Shown here: positions 52,711 through 62,643 of the stretch, piece after piece
How positions within the stretch are numbered: the first letter of the stretch is position 1
Layout: each line of letters starts with the position of its first letter
Assembly (NCBI GenBank): GCA_029932605.1
Contig: JAOZPT010000002.1
Span: forward strand, 39,644-103,643
Length of the DNA stretch: 64,000 bases
Direction: 5' to 3'
Origin: Candidatus Zixiibacteriota bacterium
GTDB lineage: Bacteria > Zixibacteria > MSB-5A5 > UBA10806 > 4484-95
Translations under genes and position numbers: made by a program
Notes under the pieces: generated by a model
Databases searched by the model: none
The model's input: only the letters and a program-made list of their open reading frames with translations
What the model was told of the DNA's origin: nothing

Positions 52711-53459
52711 AATCAAGTAAATTTTTATTTCTGATATTAATGGTTTTGTCAACCAGTGTCTGTTTCGGATCAAACAATGATATCTGGACAAAGGCAAATA
52801 CCGCTTATGACCAGGGGGATTTCAGTTCAGCAATCGATGGTTATCGAAAACTGCTGGAACATGGTCACCGCCATCCGGCGGTTTACTACAACCTCGGCAA
52901 TGCCTATTTTAAAAAAGGAAAAATAGGACTTGCTATTGCCGCCTATGGCCATAGTCTTAAAATCGATCCGTCGTTCAAATTGGCCAGAGAAAATCTTGAG
53001 TATGTGAGGAAATTTACCGTTGACAAAGTGGAAGAAAAAGCGAAAGGATTCTTGCTTAATATCTGGTATGGGTTGGTTGATCTTCTACCTGCTGAGGCCT
53101 ATTTCGCGATGACTATCATTGCATATTGGACATTATGCACGATTATAACGTTTTTGATGATAGGTCACGGGCGAAAAGAATTCCTCACTTATCTGTTGAT
53201 ATTATTTTCCACAGTATTTATTTTAGGGATTGCTATCAGCCGTTTCGCGGTCAATGAAACTCAGAACACGAAATGGGGAGTGATAGTTGTTCCCTCGGTG
53301 GAGTTGAGAGAGGGTCCTGGTGAGGAATTCGAAAAGATTTTCACAGGTCATGAGGGGTTGGAGTTTAAGATACTTTCTCAACGTCAGGATTATTATCTTA
53401 TTGAGCTTGGCAATGGTCTTAAGGGATGGATACCTGTAACCACCTTAACGGAGATTTAA
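52707..53459 (+). CDS. batE: BatE TPR/SH3 protein
   Basis: YYNLGNAYFK TPR, two TM segments, C-terminal SH3b-like HEG...GWIP. Confidence 0.85.
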   Translation: MKSSKFLFLILMVLSTSVCFGSNNDIWTKANTAYDQGDFSSAIDGYRKLLEHGHRHPAVYYNLGNAYFKKGKIGLAIAAYGHSLKIDPSFKLARENLEYVRKFTVDKVEEKAKGFLLNIWYGLVDLLPAEAYFAMTIIAYWTLCTIITFLMIGHGRKEFLTYLLILFSTVFILGIAISRFAVNETQNTKWGVIVVPSVELREGPGEEFEKIFTGHEGLEFKILSQRQDYYLIELGNGLKGWIPVTTLTEI

Positions 53460-53460
53460 C

Positions 53461-54492
53461 TTGTCCCTGTTGAAAAGAAAAAGGTTCTGGGCAACAGTCC
53501 TGGCTCTGGGATTGTCGGTTTACCTTTTTCGTGATTTCAAATTCTATCAAATCTGGACGCTGATAAAAGGCATCAACCTATGGTATCTTATCCCATTAAG
53601 CATACTTGAAATCGTTATTGCGTTTGTACGCTCCCAGCGCTGGAAATACATAATAGACCCCGGTAAAAAGATAACAACTTTGAATATATTTTCCACTTAT
53701 TCAATCGGTATGATGATGAATCTCCTCCTACCAGCTTTAACCGGCCAGGTTGCTCGCATATTCCTACTTGCAAAAAAAGAAGAGATAAAAAAGACCTTCG
53801 CTTTTACCTCGGTAGTGCTGGAGGTGCTGTTTGATGCCATCATACTGATAGGGTTATTATTTTTTGTCTCATATTTTTATGTATTCCCCGATCTTATACG
53901 TAGCTGGGAGGTTATCGGCGGAATATTGGTGGTAGCTTTGGCGGTGTTTTTATACTGGGTGTCACGTCGCCACCATGACACTTCACACGATATAGAAAAA
54001 GTAAAACATAAACACAGCAATTTCGCTGAAAGGATAATTGATATAAAAAACAGCTTTGTTTATGGTTTAAGAATGCTTAGAAGCTCAAAGCATTTATTTC
54101 TGGTCACGGGCCTTACTATAATTTCCTGGAGCCTGCAGGCGATGATGGTTTACCTTGTAATCGAAGCTGTCGATCTACAGATTGACCTCTGGGGTGCGGT
54201 TGTAATCATGGTAATTAATACTGTTATGGTGATGGTTGTGGTTACGCCCGTCAACGTTGGCACCTTTCAGCTTGCTTGTGTCTTTGCCCTATCCCTGTTC
54301 GACATCAACAAGCAAACCGCCTTGAGTTTTTCAATCGTTCTTCACGCTTTTAATTACTTCCCGCCTGTGCTGCTGGGTTGGTTCTTCTCATTGCGAGAGG
54401 GGTTAAGTTTCAAGAAGATGTATCGTGAGCGGAAGGAAAAAGAGGATATCGACTTAGAAAGGGTAAAGATCACTGAAGAGGTAAAAAAATAA
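53461..54492 (+). CDS. Lysylphosphatidylglycerol synthase TM-domain (flippase-like) protein
   Basis: RSQRW, NLLLPALTGQVAR, TPVNVGTFQ, multi-TM. Confidence 0.8.
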   Translation: MSLLKRKRFWATVLALGLSVYLFRDFKFYQIWTLIKGINLWYLIPLSILEIVIAFVRSQRWKYIIDPGKKITTLNIFSTYSIGMMMNLLLPALTGQVARIFLLAKKEEIKKTFAFTSVVLEVLFDAIILIGLLFFVSYFYVFPDLIRSWEVIGGILVVALAVFLYWVSRRHHDTSHDIEKVKHKHSNFAERIIDIKNSFVYGLRMLRSSKHLFLVTGLTIISWSLQAMMVYLVIEAVDLQIDLWGAVVIMVINTVMVMVVVTPVNVGTFQLACVFALSLFDINKQTALSFSIVLHAFNYFPPVLLGWFFSLREGLSFKKMYRERKEKEDIDLERVKITEEVKK

Positions 54493-54518
54493 GAAAAGAC
54501 TTAATTTGCACAAAACTG

Positions 54519-54648
54519 TTGGGGCCGTGGCTTGGACATCTTGCCCAAGAATCGCTCCTGATATAAGTTGGAGTGCTGCATTGCAGACAATAAAATTCTT
54601 TCAGACAACTCAAAAACACACTGCAACTTCAACAGAGCCCGCATCACC
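54519..54648 (-). ncRNA. Candidate structured non-coding RNA of unassigned family
   Basis: GC-richer island with a long imperfect stem plus a second hairpin; TTGCTA-16-TATACT promoter at 54682-54655 on the minus strand. Confidence 0.4.
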
Positions 54649-54807
54649 GAAGTTAGTATATTACATTTCAATAAATTAGCAACGTCTCAATTAAATGTTA
54701 AAATATGCTTATGAATTATTCGGGATATATAATTCATAATATTTATTCTATTGACTTTATATATATAAAAAATTAAAATTAAAATCTATATTTTGAATAA
54801 GAACTTG

Positions 54808-55482
54808 ATGAAAAAATTTGTCAGGATTGATGAATTGCTTGAAAAAGAGTATGGCAAAAAACCCTATAGCCAGGGACCTGATCCGCTTACGGAGTTGATA
54901 CTTACTGTACTTTCACAGAATACCAGCGATATTAACAGAAACAGGGCTTTCAAATCATTAAAAGAGCATTTCCCCACCTGGGAAGATGTCCTTAACACAT
55001 CACCGGCTAAGCTATCCTCAGCCATAAGCATCGGCGGTTTGGCCAAAATCAAATCATGGCGAATAATAAAACTCCTCAAGTCCATACAAAAAAGCCATGG
55101 CCGTCTTGACTTAGACTTTCTACACAACTGGCCCGATAAAAAGGTCAAAGATTATTTGCTGGGTATAGATGGTATAGGACCCAAAACAGCTGCCTGTGTG
55201 CTGGTATTCTCTTTAGGACGAAATGTTATGCCGGTTGACACTCATGTTTATAGAGTTTCTAAAAGGTTGGGAATAATTCCCGGCAATACTACTGCAGAAG
55301 CAGCACATGATTTCTTTATAAGATTCGATGGAACGGTATCGTTATACCAGTTTCACCTTAATATTATCGAACATGGACGGAAAATCTGTCAAGCAAGAAA
55401 GCCCCGTTGTAATGAATGCAGTTTAAAACGATTATGCAGGTATTACAAAAATACCGGTAATACGAGGAGTAACACGAATTGA
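54808..55482 (+). CDS. nth: Endonuclease III-family HhH-GPD glycosylase with [4Fe-4S] motif
   Basis: LSQNTSD, GIGPKTA, PVDTHVYRV, C-x6-C-x2-C-x5-C. Confidence 0.85.
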   Translation: MKKFVRIDELLEKEYGKKPYSQGPDPLTELILTVLSQNTSDINRNRAFKSLKEHFPTWEDVLNTSPAKLSSAISIGGLAKIKSWRIIKLLKSIQKSHGRLDLDFLHNWPDKKVKDYLLGIDGIGPKTAACVLVFSLGRNVMPVDTHVYRVSKRLGIIPGNTTAEAAHDFFIRFDGTVSLYQFHLNIIEHGRKICQARKPRCNECSLKRLCRYYKNTGNTRSNTN

Positions 55483-56444
55483 TCAGAACACTACAATATA
55501 ATATAGAAACCGGTTGTAAGCGTTTCGATGGAATTATTCACTTTACCGAAATACTATCCCACCACGAGAACTCATACTGGATCGATTTCGAAAATCCCAG
55601 TGATGAAGAATCGTATATTTTATATTCAGATTTTAAATTCCATCCTCTTATAATTGAGGATACGATTGAGAGTTCAAGTCCCAAGCTCGATGTTTTTAAG
55701 GACTATCTATACATGGTATTCCATACCGCCGATTATGTAAAAGAGGGTGAACTCGGTTCGAGAGAGATCGATTTCTTCCTCGGCAAAAACTATGTGGTGA
55801 CATATCACCGAGAAAAATTTCCAACCTTAAACCATTTGTTTGAAAAATGCCTTCGTGATGACAGAATCCTTTCCCGCGGTGCTGATTTTATAATGCATAC
55901 CATCATCGATAATCTCGTTGATGACTACAATAATACTTTAAAGATGGTGGCCGCTACAATAGATTCGTTCGAGGCTGAAATATTCAGCGGTAATCCCGGT
56001 AGAGAGATTTTAAAGAGAATTTTTGAGCTTAAAGAGGATATCGCTGAATTGAAAAAAACCGCCCTTGCTCAAAGGGATATGTTATGGAGATTCTCTAGAG
56101 GAGAATATAAGCTTACAAGCCCAGAGTCGCTTATTTATTTCAGGGATGTTTACGACCATCTGTCGCAGGTCAACGATAAAGCTGACCATTTCCGCGACTT
56201 GCTGACATCGGTTATGGAGGCCTTTTTTTCCATCACCTCAGAAAAAACCAACAGGATAATGAAAACACTGACAGTTTTCACGGTTGTGCTTTTACCTCTC
56301 TCGTTGATCGCCAGCATATACGGAATGAATTTTAAAAATATGCCCGAATTGCAATGGGAGTATGGTTATTATTTTGCCCTACTGTTGATGCTTGTAGTAA
56401 TGATCGTGACTCTGGTGATATTTAAAATAAAAGATTGGTTATAA
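55479..56444 (+). CDS. corA: Magnesium/cobalt transporter CorA
   Basis: HPLIIED, YFRDVYDH, YGMNF..MPEL.W..GY. Confidence 0.93.
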   Translation: MIRTLQYNIETGCKRFDGIIHFTEILSHHENSYWIDFENPSDEESYILYSDFKFHPLIIEDTIESSSPKLDVFKDYLYMVFHTADYVKEGELGSREIDFFLGKNYVVTYHREKFPTLNHLFEKCLRDDRILSRGADFIMHTIIDNLVDDYNNTLKMVAATIDSFEAEIFSGNPGREILKRIFELKEDIAELKKTALAQRDMLWRFSRGEYKLTSPESLIYFRDVYDHLSQVNDKADHFRDLLTSVMEAFFSITSEKTNRIMKTLTVFTVVLLPLSLIASIYGMNFKNMPELQWEYGYYFALLLMLVVMIVTLVIFKIKDWL

Positions 56445-56525
56445 CATGAGATTTAAAAAAGAAAATGTTATAAACCATAAAATACCTGTTCATTACGCTG
56501 ACATGTAAATATCCCAGGAGGATTT

Positions 56526-56993
56526 ATGAACAATATAAATGTGGTGAGAGTTGGATTTTTTGCCCCGGAAATAAAGCTTCCGGACATTTCCGGCGATATC
56601 AAAGACCCTATCGACAGATCGGGTGAAAAGTTGACCTGCCTTATATTTGTCAATACTGATGAAATTGGCGGTGGTTTAATCGGAGATCTGGAAAATAACA
56701 TGCCCCTAACCGCCGGCGGTTATGACTGGTCAATCTCGGTTATTGTTCCGGTCAAGGCCAAGCTCGCAAAAGAATTTAAAGAACGCTACGGGATTAAAAC
56801 ACAAATTTTATGTGACAGCGATTTGAGAGCCGGGAACCTATATAGCATAGTAGATTCATCTCTTTCAAAACCTTCATATCATCCAGTTGTTTTTATAATC
56901 GGCGATGATGGTTCTGTCCGCTACCGCCAGGTTGTGGAAAAGTCAGGTTTTGATATGCAGAAATTCCAGTCCTCGGTGAGTAAAATAATTTAG
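56526..56993 (+). CDS. Redoxin/AhpC-TSA-like protein lacking a canonical active-site motif
   Basis: VGFFAPEIKLPDISG, ILCDSD, VFIIGDDGSVRY; no CxxC or PxxxTxxC. Confidence 0.65.
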   Translation: MNNINVVRVGFFAPEIKLPDISGDIKDPIDRSGEKLTCLIFVNTDEIGGGLIGDLENNMPLTAGGYDWSISVIVPVKAKLAKEFKERYGIKTQILCDSDLRAGNLYSIVDSSLSKPSYHPVVFIIGDDGSVRYRQVVEKSGFDMQKFQSSVSKII

Positions 56994-57103
56994 AATTTTT
57001 CATACTAACCGATGATATCCGAACTTAACGAAATCTCTTAATCTTGGTTATGGTTATTTAAAATAATGAGAGATGATGGCATGATGTAAATATCCGGTGA
57101 TTG

Positions 57104-58726
57104 ATGGACAATTATACCTTAAATTTCAACCAGCTTTTTAAAACCACAAAACTTTTCGATGATTACCTAAAGGGTAATCTGAACGATTTATTCAGGTACG
57201 ATTTTACCGATTCTGGAAACCTGGAAAAGGTCGCTCATGAGATAAACGGCAAACATATCGACCAACACCTCCTTTATAAAGTTGTTTCCGATGGTAATAA
57301 AAAATTTGAGCCTTCAACCAAGACGCTCCATAATATTGAACTGCTCAAACAACCCGAAACATTATGTGTCTTCTCCAGCCAACAGACGGGAATTTTGGGG
57401 GGACCTATGTTAACAATTTACAAGGCTCTGACCGCCGTTAAATTGTCAGAAAAATGTCAGCAGATACTGAAACGTCCGGTGGTGCCATGTTTCTGGATGG
57501 CTACCGATGACCATGACTTTGAAGAGGTGCGATATGCCAACTTCCTACAGAGGGATGGTGAAATAACTACCGTTTCGTATAATCCTTTAAATGCCCCCTC
57601 CAATACTCCAATTGCCGAGATTGTCATGGATGAAAATGTCAATAAATTGCTTGAGTCTGTTGAAAACTCATTAATCGATACCGAGTTCAAACAGCAATTG
57701 GTAAATGTTCTCAACGAGTTTTATTCACCGGGGCGAAAATTATCCGAAGCCTTTGCTATGCTATTTTACTATTTCCTTGGTGATTGGGGAATTATCCTTG
57801 TCGACCCAAATTTTTTGGGCATGAAAGAGTCTTTCAGAAACGTTTATAGTAAAGAAATACTTCATCACGATAAAACCCAGCAACTTTTCAAACAAAGAAC
57901 TGAACTGCTTTTAAAAAACGGCTATCATGCCCAGGTGCATAAAACCGGTGAGAATCTCAATCTATTTTACCATAGTAAAGGAAGGCGAAATATTTCAATA
58001 AACGGAGATTTTTATCATCCAGAAGGGACATCCTTAAAATTCACAGAAAAAGAACTTTTGGAGATAGTAGAAAAATCGCCTTATAATTTTTCTGCCAATG
58101 TCCTATTAAGTCCTATTGTCCGGTGCACTGCTTTTCCAACATTAATCCAGACAGTAGGTCCCTCTGAACTGGCATATTTTGCCCAGATAGAACCGCTTTT
58201 TGATTTTTTTGATATACCCTTTCCGGTTATTTATCCTCGTCTGGGGATGACAATCGTTGAACCACATATTAAACGAATATTAAAAAAATATGAGCTAAAA
58301 CTACCCCAGCTAAGAAAAGAACTTGAAGGCACTGTCGGAATGGTGATAGAAAAACTGTTTCCATCAAAGTCAGCAAAGGTGATGACTTCATTGCAAAACC
58401 ATTTCAACGGCGACCTTGAGAAATACGCCAAGATGTTGCAAAAATCCGATCAAGAGGGTTACCAGCATCTCGCTAATTTTAAAAAACGCATCGATTATGA
58501 ACTGAAACATCTTCAGAAAAAACTGAAAGCCTCGAACAAAAAACGGCATGATGAACTGGCCTCTCAGATAAGAAAAACGTACAGATACACTTTCCCTAAC
58601 AACAAGCTCCAGGAACGAGTATTATCACCCGTTTACTTTGCCAACAAATACGGGCCAGAGATTTTTCAAAAGATCTTTGAAGCTCTCAATATGGATAAAC
58701 CCGGTCATATTATTTTAGAGTTATGA
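57104..58726 (+). CDS. bshC: Bacillithiol biosynthesis cysteine-adding enzyme BshC
   Basis: QQTGILGGP..TIYKAL, FWMATDDHDFEE, FSANVLL, GPSELAYFAQ, LQER. Confidence 0.9.
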   Translation: MDNYTLNFNQLFKTTKLFDDYLKGNLNDLFRYDFTDSGNLEKVAHEINGKHIDQHLLYKVVSDGNKKFEPSTKTLHNIELLKQPETLCVFSSQQTGILGGPMLTIYKALTAVKLSEKCQQILKRPVVPCFWMATDDHDFEEVRYANFLQRDGEITTVSYNPLNAPSNTPIAEIVMDENVNKLLESVENSLIDTEFKQQLVNVLNEFYSPGRKLSEAFAMLFYYFLGDWGIILVDPNFLGMKESFRNVYSKEILHHDKTQQLFKQRTELLLKNGYHAQVHKTGENLNLFYHSKGRRNISINGDFYHPEGTSLKFTEKELLEIVEKSPYNFSANVLLSPIVRCTAFPTLIQTVGPSELAYFAQIEPLFDFFDIPFPVIYPRLGMTIVEPHIKRILKKYELKLPQLRKELEGTVGMVIEKLFPSKSAKVMTSLQNHFNGDLEKYAKMLQKSDQEGYQHLANFKKRIDYELKHLQKKLKASNKKRHDELASQIRKTYRYTFPNNKLQERVLSPVYFANKYGPEIFQKIFEALNMDKPGHIILEL

Positions 58727-59844
58727 AGGTTGCTATTATATGTTATCCGGTAAAAGGGGGTTCAGGCGTGGTTGCTTCCGAACTTGGTGTAGGTTTATCA
58801 AGGCGAGGTTGTAAAGTTCATTTTTTCTCATATGAATTACCCTTCAGACTTACAAGTTTTGAAGCCAATTTCATTTTTCACAAGGTTGATATATGCCGTT
58901 ATCCGCTTTTCAAGTATCCTCCATACACAGTAACCTTAGCAGCCAGGTTAGCTGATGAATCGATTCACCACGGCTTCGATATAATCCATGCCCATTACGC
59001 CATCCCTCATACTGCTGCTGCTTATCTTGCTGTAAAAGCTATAAAGAACAACCCGCCCAAAATTATAACCACCCTTCACGGCACCGACATAACCCTCATC
59101 GGTCAGGACAAATCATTTTATTCTATCACCAAATTTTCGATTGAGATCTCCGACGGGGTCACCGTGGTATCAAAATACCTCATGGATAAAACGTATGAGA
59201 CATTCAGCTTTAAAAAGAAAATAAAAGTAATACCGAATTTCGTTGATACCGAACGTTTCAATCCTGACGGAGCTACCTGCGTCCGTAAAACCCTGGCCGA
59301 ACCAGAACAGAAAATCATAATGCACATGTCAAATTATCGTCCTCTTAAAAATACCCACCACGTTGTCAAGATATTCGATAACATCCAGAAAAAAATCCCC
59401 GCCAGATTGATTCTTATCGGTGAGGGGCCGGATACCGGTAATGTCAAAAGTCTTGTTCATGAATTGGGTCTATCAGGGAAAGTGATGTTTTTGGGTGACC
59501 AGAACAGAGTCCAGCATATTTTACCGTTAGCCGATCTTTTCTTACTGCCCTCGGCATCGGAAGCATTTGGATTGGTTGCTTTAGAGGCGTTAAGCTGTGG
59601 AGTACCTGTGGTCGGAAGTCTCGTTGGAGGGTTGCCTGAAATTATCATCAACGGTGTAAACGGTTATTTATACCCGGTTGGTGATATCAAGGGTATGGCA
59701 GATAAATCGCTTGAGATTTTAACCAATGACGCCCTGTCAAAGAAACTATCTATTGCTGGACGCCAGCTTGTAATCGACAAGTATAAAATCGATGACGTTA
59801 TAGATAATTACTTGAATTACTATAAGGAAGTGCTGAATGGATAA
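58723..59844 (+). CDS. bshA: N-acetyl-alpha-D-glucosaminyl L-malate synthase BshA
   Basis: CYP..GGSGVVASELG, YPLFKYPPY, HAHYAIPH, TTLHGTDIT, EAFGLVALEA. Confidence 0.93.
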   Translation: MKVAIICYPVKGGSGVVASELGVGLSRRGCKVHFFSYELPFRLTSFEANFIFHKVDICRYPLFKYPPYTVTLAARLADESIHHGFDIIHAHYAIPHTAAAYLAVKAIKNNPPKIITTLHGTDITLIGQDKSFYSITKFSIEISDGVTVVSKYLMDKTYETFSFKKKIKVIPNFVDTERFNPDGATCVRKTLAEPEQKIIMHMSNYRPLKNTHHVVKIFDNIQKKIPARLILIGEGPDTGNVKSLVHELGLSGKVMFLGDQNRVQHILPLADLFLLPSASEAFGLVALEALSCGVPVVGSLVGGLPEIIINGVNGYLYPVGDIKGMADKSLEILTNDALSKKLSIAGRQLVIDKYKIDDVIDNYLNYYKEVLNG

Positions 59845-60559
59845 ATTACCCGAACTTGACGTTTTGGCTATTGCGGCCCACTGTGACGATGCTGAAATCG
59901 TCAGTGGTGGAACTCTTATAAAAATGATTGACCTCGGCTATGATGTTGGAATATTAGATCTAACAGCAGGTGAATCAGGAAGCAGGGGTAATGCCTCAAC
60001 AAGAAAAAAGGAGGCTTTATGCGCAGCGAAAACAATGGGGATCGATTTTCGCCAAAACCTGCACTTACCGGATGCTGGTTTATTCCTTACCCAGGAAAAT
60101 GCCCTGATTATGGCCGATATCATCCGCAGAACAAAACCAGAGATGGTGATATTGCCACATCCTCGGCAACGTCACCCGGACCATACAGCCGCCGGTGAAA
60201 TCGGCTATCGAGGGTGTTTTTTAGCGGGCCTTACCAAAATGCCACTTGAGGGAAAACCTTATCGCCCCAGGAAAATTCTATATTCCTGCAGTTTCATTGA
60301 TGTGCAACCAACTTTTATAGTGGACATCAGCCAGCAATTCGAACGCAAATGTAAAGCAGTTGCCTGTTATAAAAGCCAGTTCAAACGGAAAACAAGAATA
60401 CGTGAGGTTTACCCACCAGCAAAAGATATCTTCGACTACATGGAAATACAGAATCGACGCTATGGTTATTTAATCGGCGTCAAGTATGGTGAGGCCTTTA
60501 TTCAGAAAGAGATGTTATCGATTGACGATCCATTGAAAATACAGGGAAGATCAATCTGA
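59837..60559 (+). CDS. bshB1: Bacillithiol biosynthesis deacetylase BshB1
   Basis: AAHCDDAE, DLTAGESGSRG, RHPDH, YKSQF, GVKYGEAF. Confidence 0.9.
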   Translation: MDKLPELDVLAIAAHCDDAEIVSGGTLIKMIDLGYDVGILDLTAGESGSRGNASTRKKEALCAAKTMGIDFRQNLHLPDAGLFLTQENALIMADIIRRTKPEMVILPHPRQRHPDHTAAGEIGYRGCFLAGLTKMPLEGKPYRPRKILYSCSFIDVQPTFIVDISQQFERKCKAVACYKSQFKRKTRIREVYPPAKDIFDYMEIQNRRYGYLIGVKYGEAFIQKEMLSIDDPLKIQGRSI

Positions 60560-60918
60560 ATAATTGCGATTACAGTGTTTCAAGCATGCTGGTGTTGATT
60601 CAGTAAAGGTTATATGCAATTTTCACGAAAAAACCATTTCTGTAAATGTACAAAAAATCTTGGTGGCTGGTACTGAAATAAAGGGATATTATATTTTCAT
60701 CTTCGACTTCTTCCGTATACTTATTTTAAAATCGTTCTGTATCCGTTGTTTTGTTCGAAATCTCATATGTTAAGTTCACTTTGGTCTACATCTTCAGCGG
60801 TAACGGCTCTTTGTTTTAATGGGTTACAACCTGTGGTGTATAACCTCATAAAACGTTAAAAAAATTATAAATCTACATTTTTCTTGCCTGATTTTCTAAT
60901 TAAGGTTATTATCAATAC

Positions 60919-61011
60919 GGAAGCGGATGGGGTCTGGTGGCCCCCGCGGTCTTCAAAACCGTAGGTAGCCGGTGTCCCCGGCTATGGCAGGTTCGATTCC
61001 TGTCCCTTCCG
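60919..61011 (+). tRNA. selC: tRNA-Sec (anticodon TCA at 60953-60955), CCA not encoded
   Basis: GGAAG/CTTCC acceptor ends, long D-stem GGGGTC/GGCCCC, CGGT-CTTCAAA-ACCG anticodon arm, long variable arm TAGCCGG/CCGGCTA, GTTCGATTC T-loop. Confidence 0.95.
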
Positions 61012-61100
61012 TTTATCTATTTTAGCACTAACCTGTTGAACCACATAGCATAACATCAGCAATGGCAGTCTCTTAGCAAATCAGAAATGTCAAGTAAACT

Positions 61101-61150
61101 TTGGTAATTCTTGGTAACTTACGGCGGCTTTGGTCACGATTTGGTCACGA
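61101..61150. repeat. Tandem TTGGT(A/C)A repeats, putative integrase arm-type sites
   Basis: TTGGTAAT (61101), TTGGTAAC (61111), TTTGGTCACGA twice (61129-61150). Confidence 0.6.
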
Positions 61151-61223
61151 AAAACAAACTTTACATTCATGTTTTGACAATATTTTACAGGCAGGTTTAT
61201 ACTTTATAAACCTCTTTTGGGTT

Positions 61224-61252
61224 AAAAAAGGTGCTTGGAGTTCACCTTTTTT
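61224..61252. terminator. Bidirectional terminator between tRNA-Sec and the integrase
   Basis: AAAAAAGGTG-loop-CACCTTTTTT. Confidence 0.7.
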
Positions 61253-61265
61253 ACTATAGATATTT

Positions 61266-62285
61266 TTAGAGCTTTTCTATAGCTTCTCGGTTTTGGGTGG
61301 GATGAAGGTGGACATATATCATTGTTGATTCTATGTCAGCATGCCCCATGAGTGATTGCACAACCGGTAAAGGCACTCCCATTTTTACTAACCTGGTTCC
61401 AAAGGAATGCCTCAGAAAGTGATGGCTTCCTTTTATTCTGGTTTGCTTTAATAGTACTCTGAATTCATTGGACGGGCTGTTTATACCGCATTTTGATCCG
61501 CGACCGTCATTTCTTGGGAATACATATATACCTACGTTTTTACTCTTGTAAGCTTTCAATGCTTCAATCAGTCGGTCATGCATAGGTACAGATCGAGGAC
61601 GCTTACCTTTGGGTGTCACTTCATCATCAGACCTGACTTCTAAAATGTTATTCTTAAAATCAATGTCACGCCATTTCAGATTTACCATTTCGGCATTTCT
61701 TAAACCGGCATAGGCACCAAGCGCAATGATTACTCGTTGCCGAGGTGATGCTGCAGACCATAACTCTTCAAGCTCGTCATCAGTAAAATATTTCAGTTTC
61801 TTGGGCACCTTAATTTTCTTGAATCCACGAGTAGGGTTTTTATCAAGCATTCCCCAGTCAATCGCTCTGTTGAATACAGTTCTTAATAGCGTTAATGCAT
61901 TATTGAAACTTCTGGGAGTTATTTCAGTTTCTATTTGAAAATCAACAATCACAGAATGGTTGATTTGTTCGGCATATTTTATTCTCTTTCTGGAGAAAAA
62001 TTCCTGCCAGATTTTAAGGAACACCCTTTCAGTTTTCCAGGTAGTCTTGGCTTTAGATTTTTCGGAATGAATTAAAAACCGGTGGAACATGTCGAATATT
62101 GTTGCTCTCTTAGCCCTCGGTTCATCATGAACCGGGTTACTATCTTTGAACAGTTTAATTTCATACTCTTGTCGCTTCTTTTCAGCGAGTTTCCTATCTT
62201 TTGTTCCAGTTGATACACGATACCTTTCACCTTTATATCTGTAGTTCAGCCACCAGAAACCGTCTTTCTGAAATAGCGAAACCAT
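61266..62285 (-). CDS. Tyrosine recombinase/integrase
   Basis: N-terminal arm-binding-like WWLNYRYKGERYRVSTGT; catalytic R (GLRNAE), K, HFLRH, MGHAD, Y (TMIYVH). Confidence 0.93.
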   Translation of the reverse strand: MVSLFQKDGFWWLNYRYKGERYRVSTGTKDRKLAEKKRQEYEIKLFKDSNPVHDEPRAKRATIFDMFHRFLIHSEKSKAKTTWKTERVFLKIWQEFFSRKRIKYAEQINHSVIVDFQIETEITPRSFNNALTLLRTVFNRAIDWGMLDKNPTRGFKKIKVPKKLKYFTDDELEELWSAASPRQRVIIALGAYAGLRNAEMVNLKWRDIDFKNNILEVRSDDEVTPKGKRPRSVPMHDRLIEALKAYKSKNVGIYVFPRNDGRGSKCGINSPSNEFRVLLKQTRIKGSHHFLRHSFGTRLVKMGVPLPVVQSLMGHADIESTMIYVHLHPTQNREAIEKL

Positions 62286-62308
62286 ATTTTTTCATTTCTC
62301 CTTTCGAA

Positions 62309-62536
62309 TTAATTTTCCTTAAAAGGTGCATACCGAAAATATGTTAACACGACTTTTTTCTCTGCCATGAACTCACCATTAATCATATACCCTTTAAGCC
62401 GTTTTTTCGGATCAGAGTGATTAATATATTTGTCGATAGTCCGAGGATCCCTTCTGAACAACCGGCAAATATCCCGTCTGGTCCAAAAGGCTTCTTCCAT
62501 CAGTTCATCAGGTGTCTTTCGGCGAGGTCGCGGCAT
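62309..62536 (-). CDS. Excisionase-like small HTH protein
   Basis: 75 aa, basic, WTRRDICRLFRRDPRTI helix-turn-helix plus wing (LKGYMING); immediately upstream of int. Confidence 0.65.
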   Translation of the reverse strand: MPRPRRKTPDELMEEAFWTRRDICRLFRRDPRTIDKYINHSDPKKRLKGYMINGEFMAEKKVVLTYFRYAPFKEN

Positions 62537-62643
62537 ATTAACATTCCATCTTCCTTATTCCAGAAATTCATCTTAAAATCACCTCCCGGCCGGCCCAAAA
62601 TGGAAAAAACGACCGGGAGGCTTCGGAACGCCTACAAACGTTC

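Noticed and set aside
54521..54720. tmRNA (starts GGGGC, followed by a GCA-GAC-AAT 'tag-like' frame)
   Set aside because: No GGATTCGAC-like 5' motif, no T-arm or CCA end, no ...AA-stop tag, and too short.
60564..60850. ORF or second selenoprotein between bshB1 and selC
   Set aside because: Only short interrupted frames; the minus-strand TGA has no redox motif context or clear SECIS. At most a decayed remnant.
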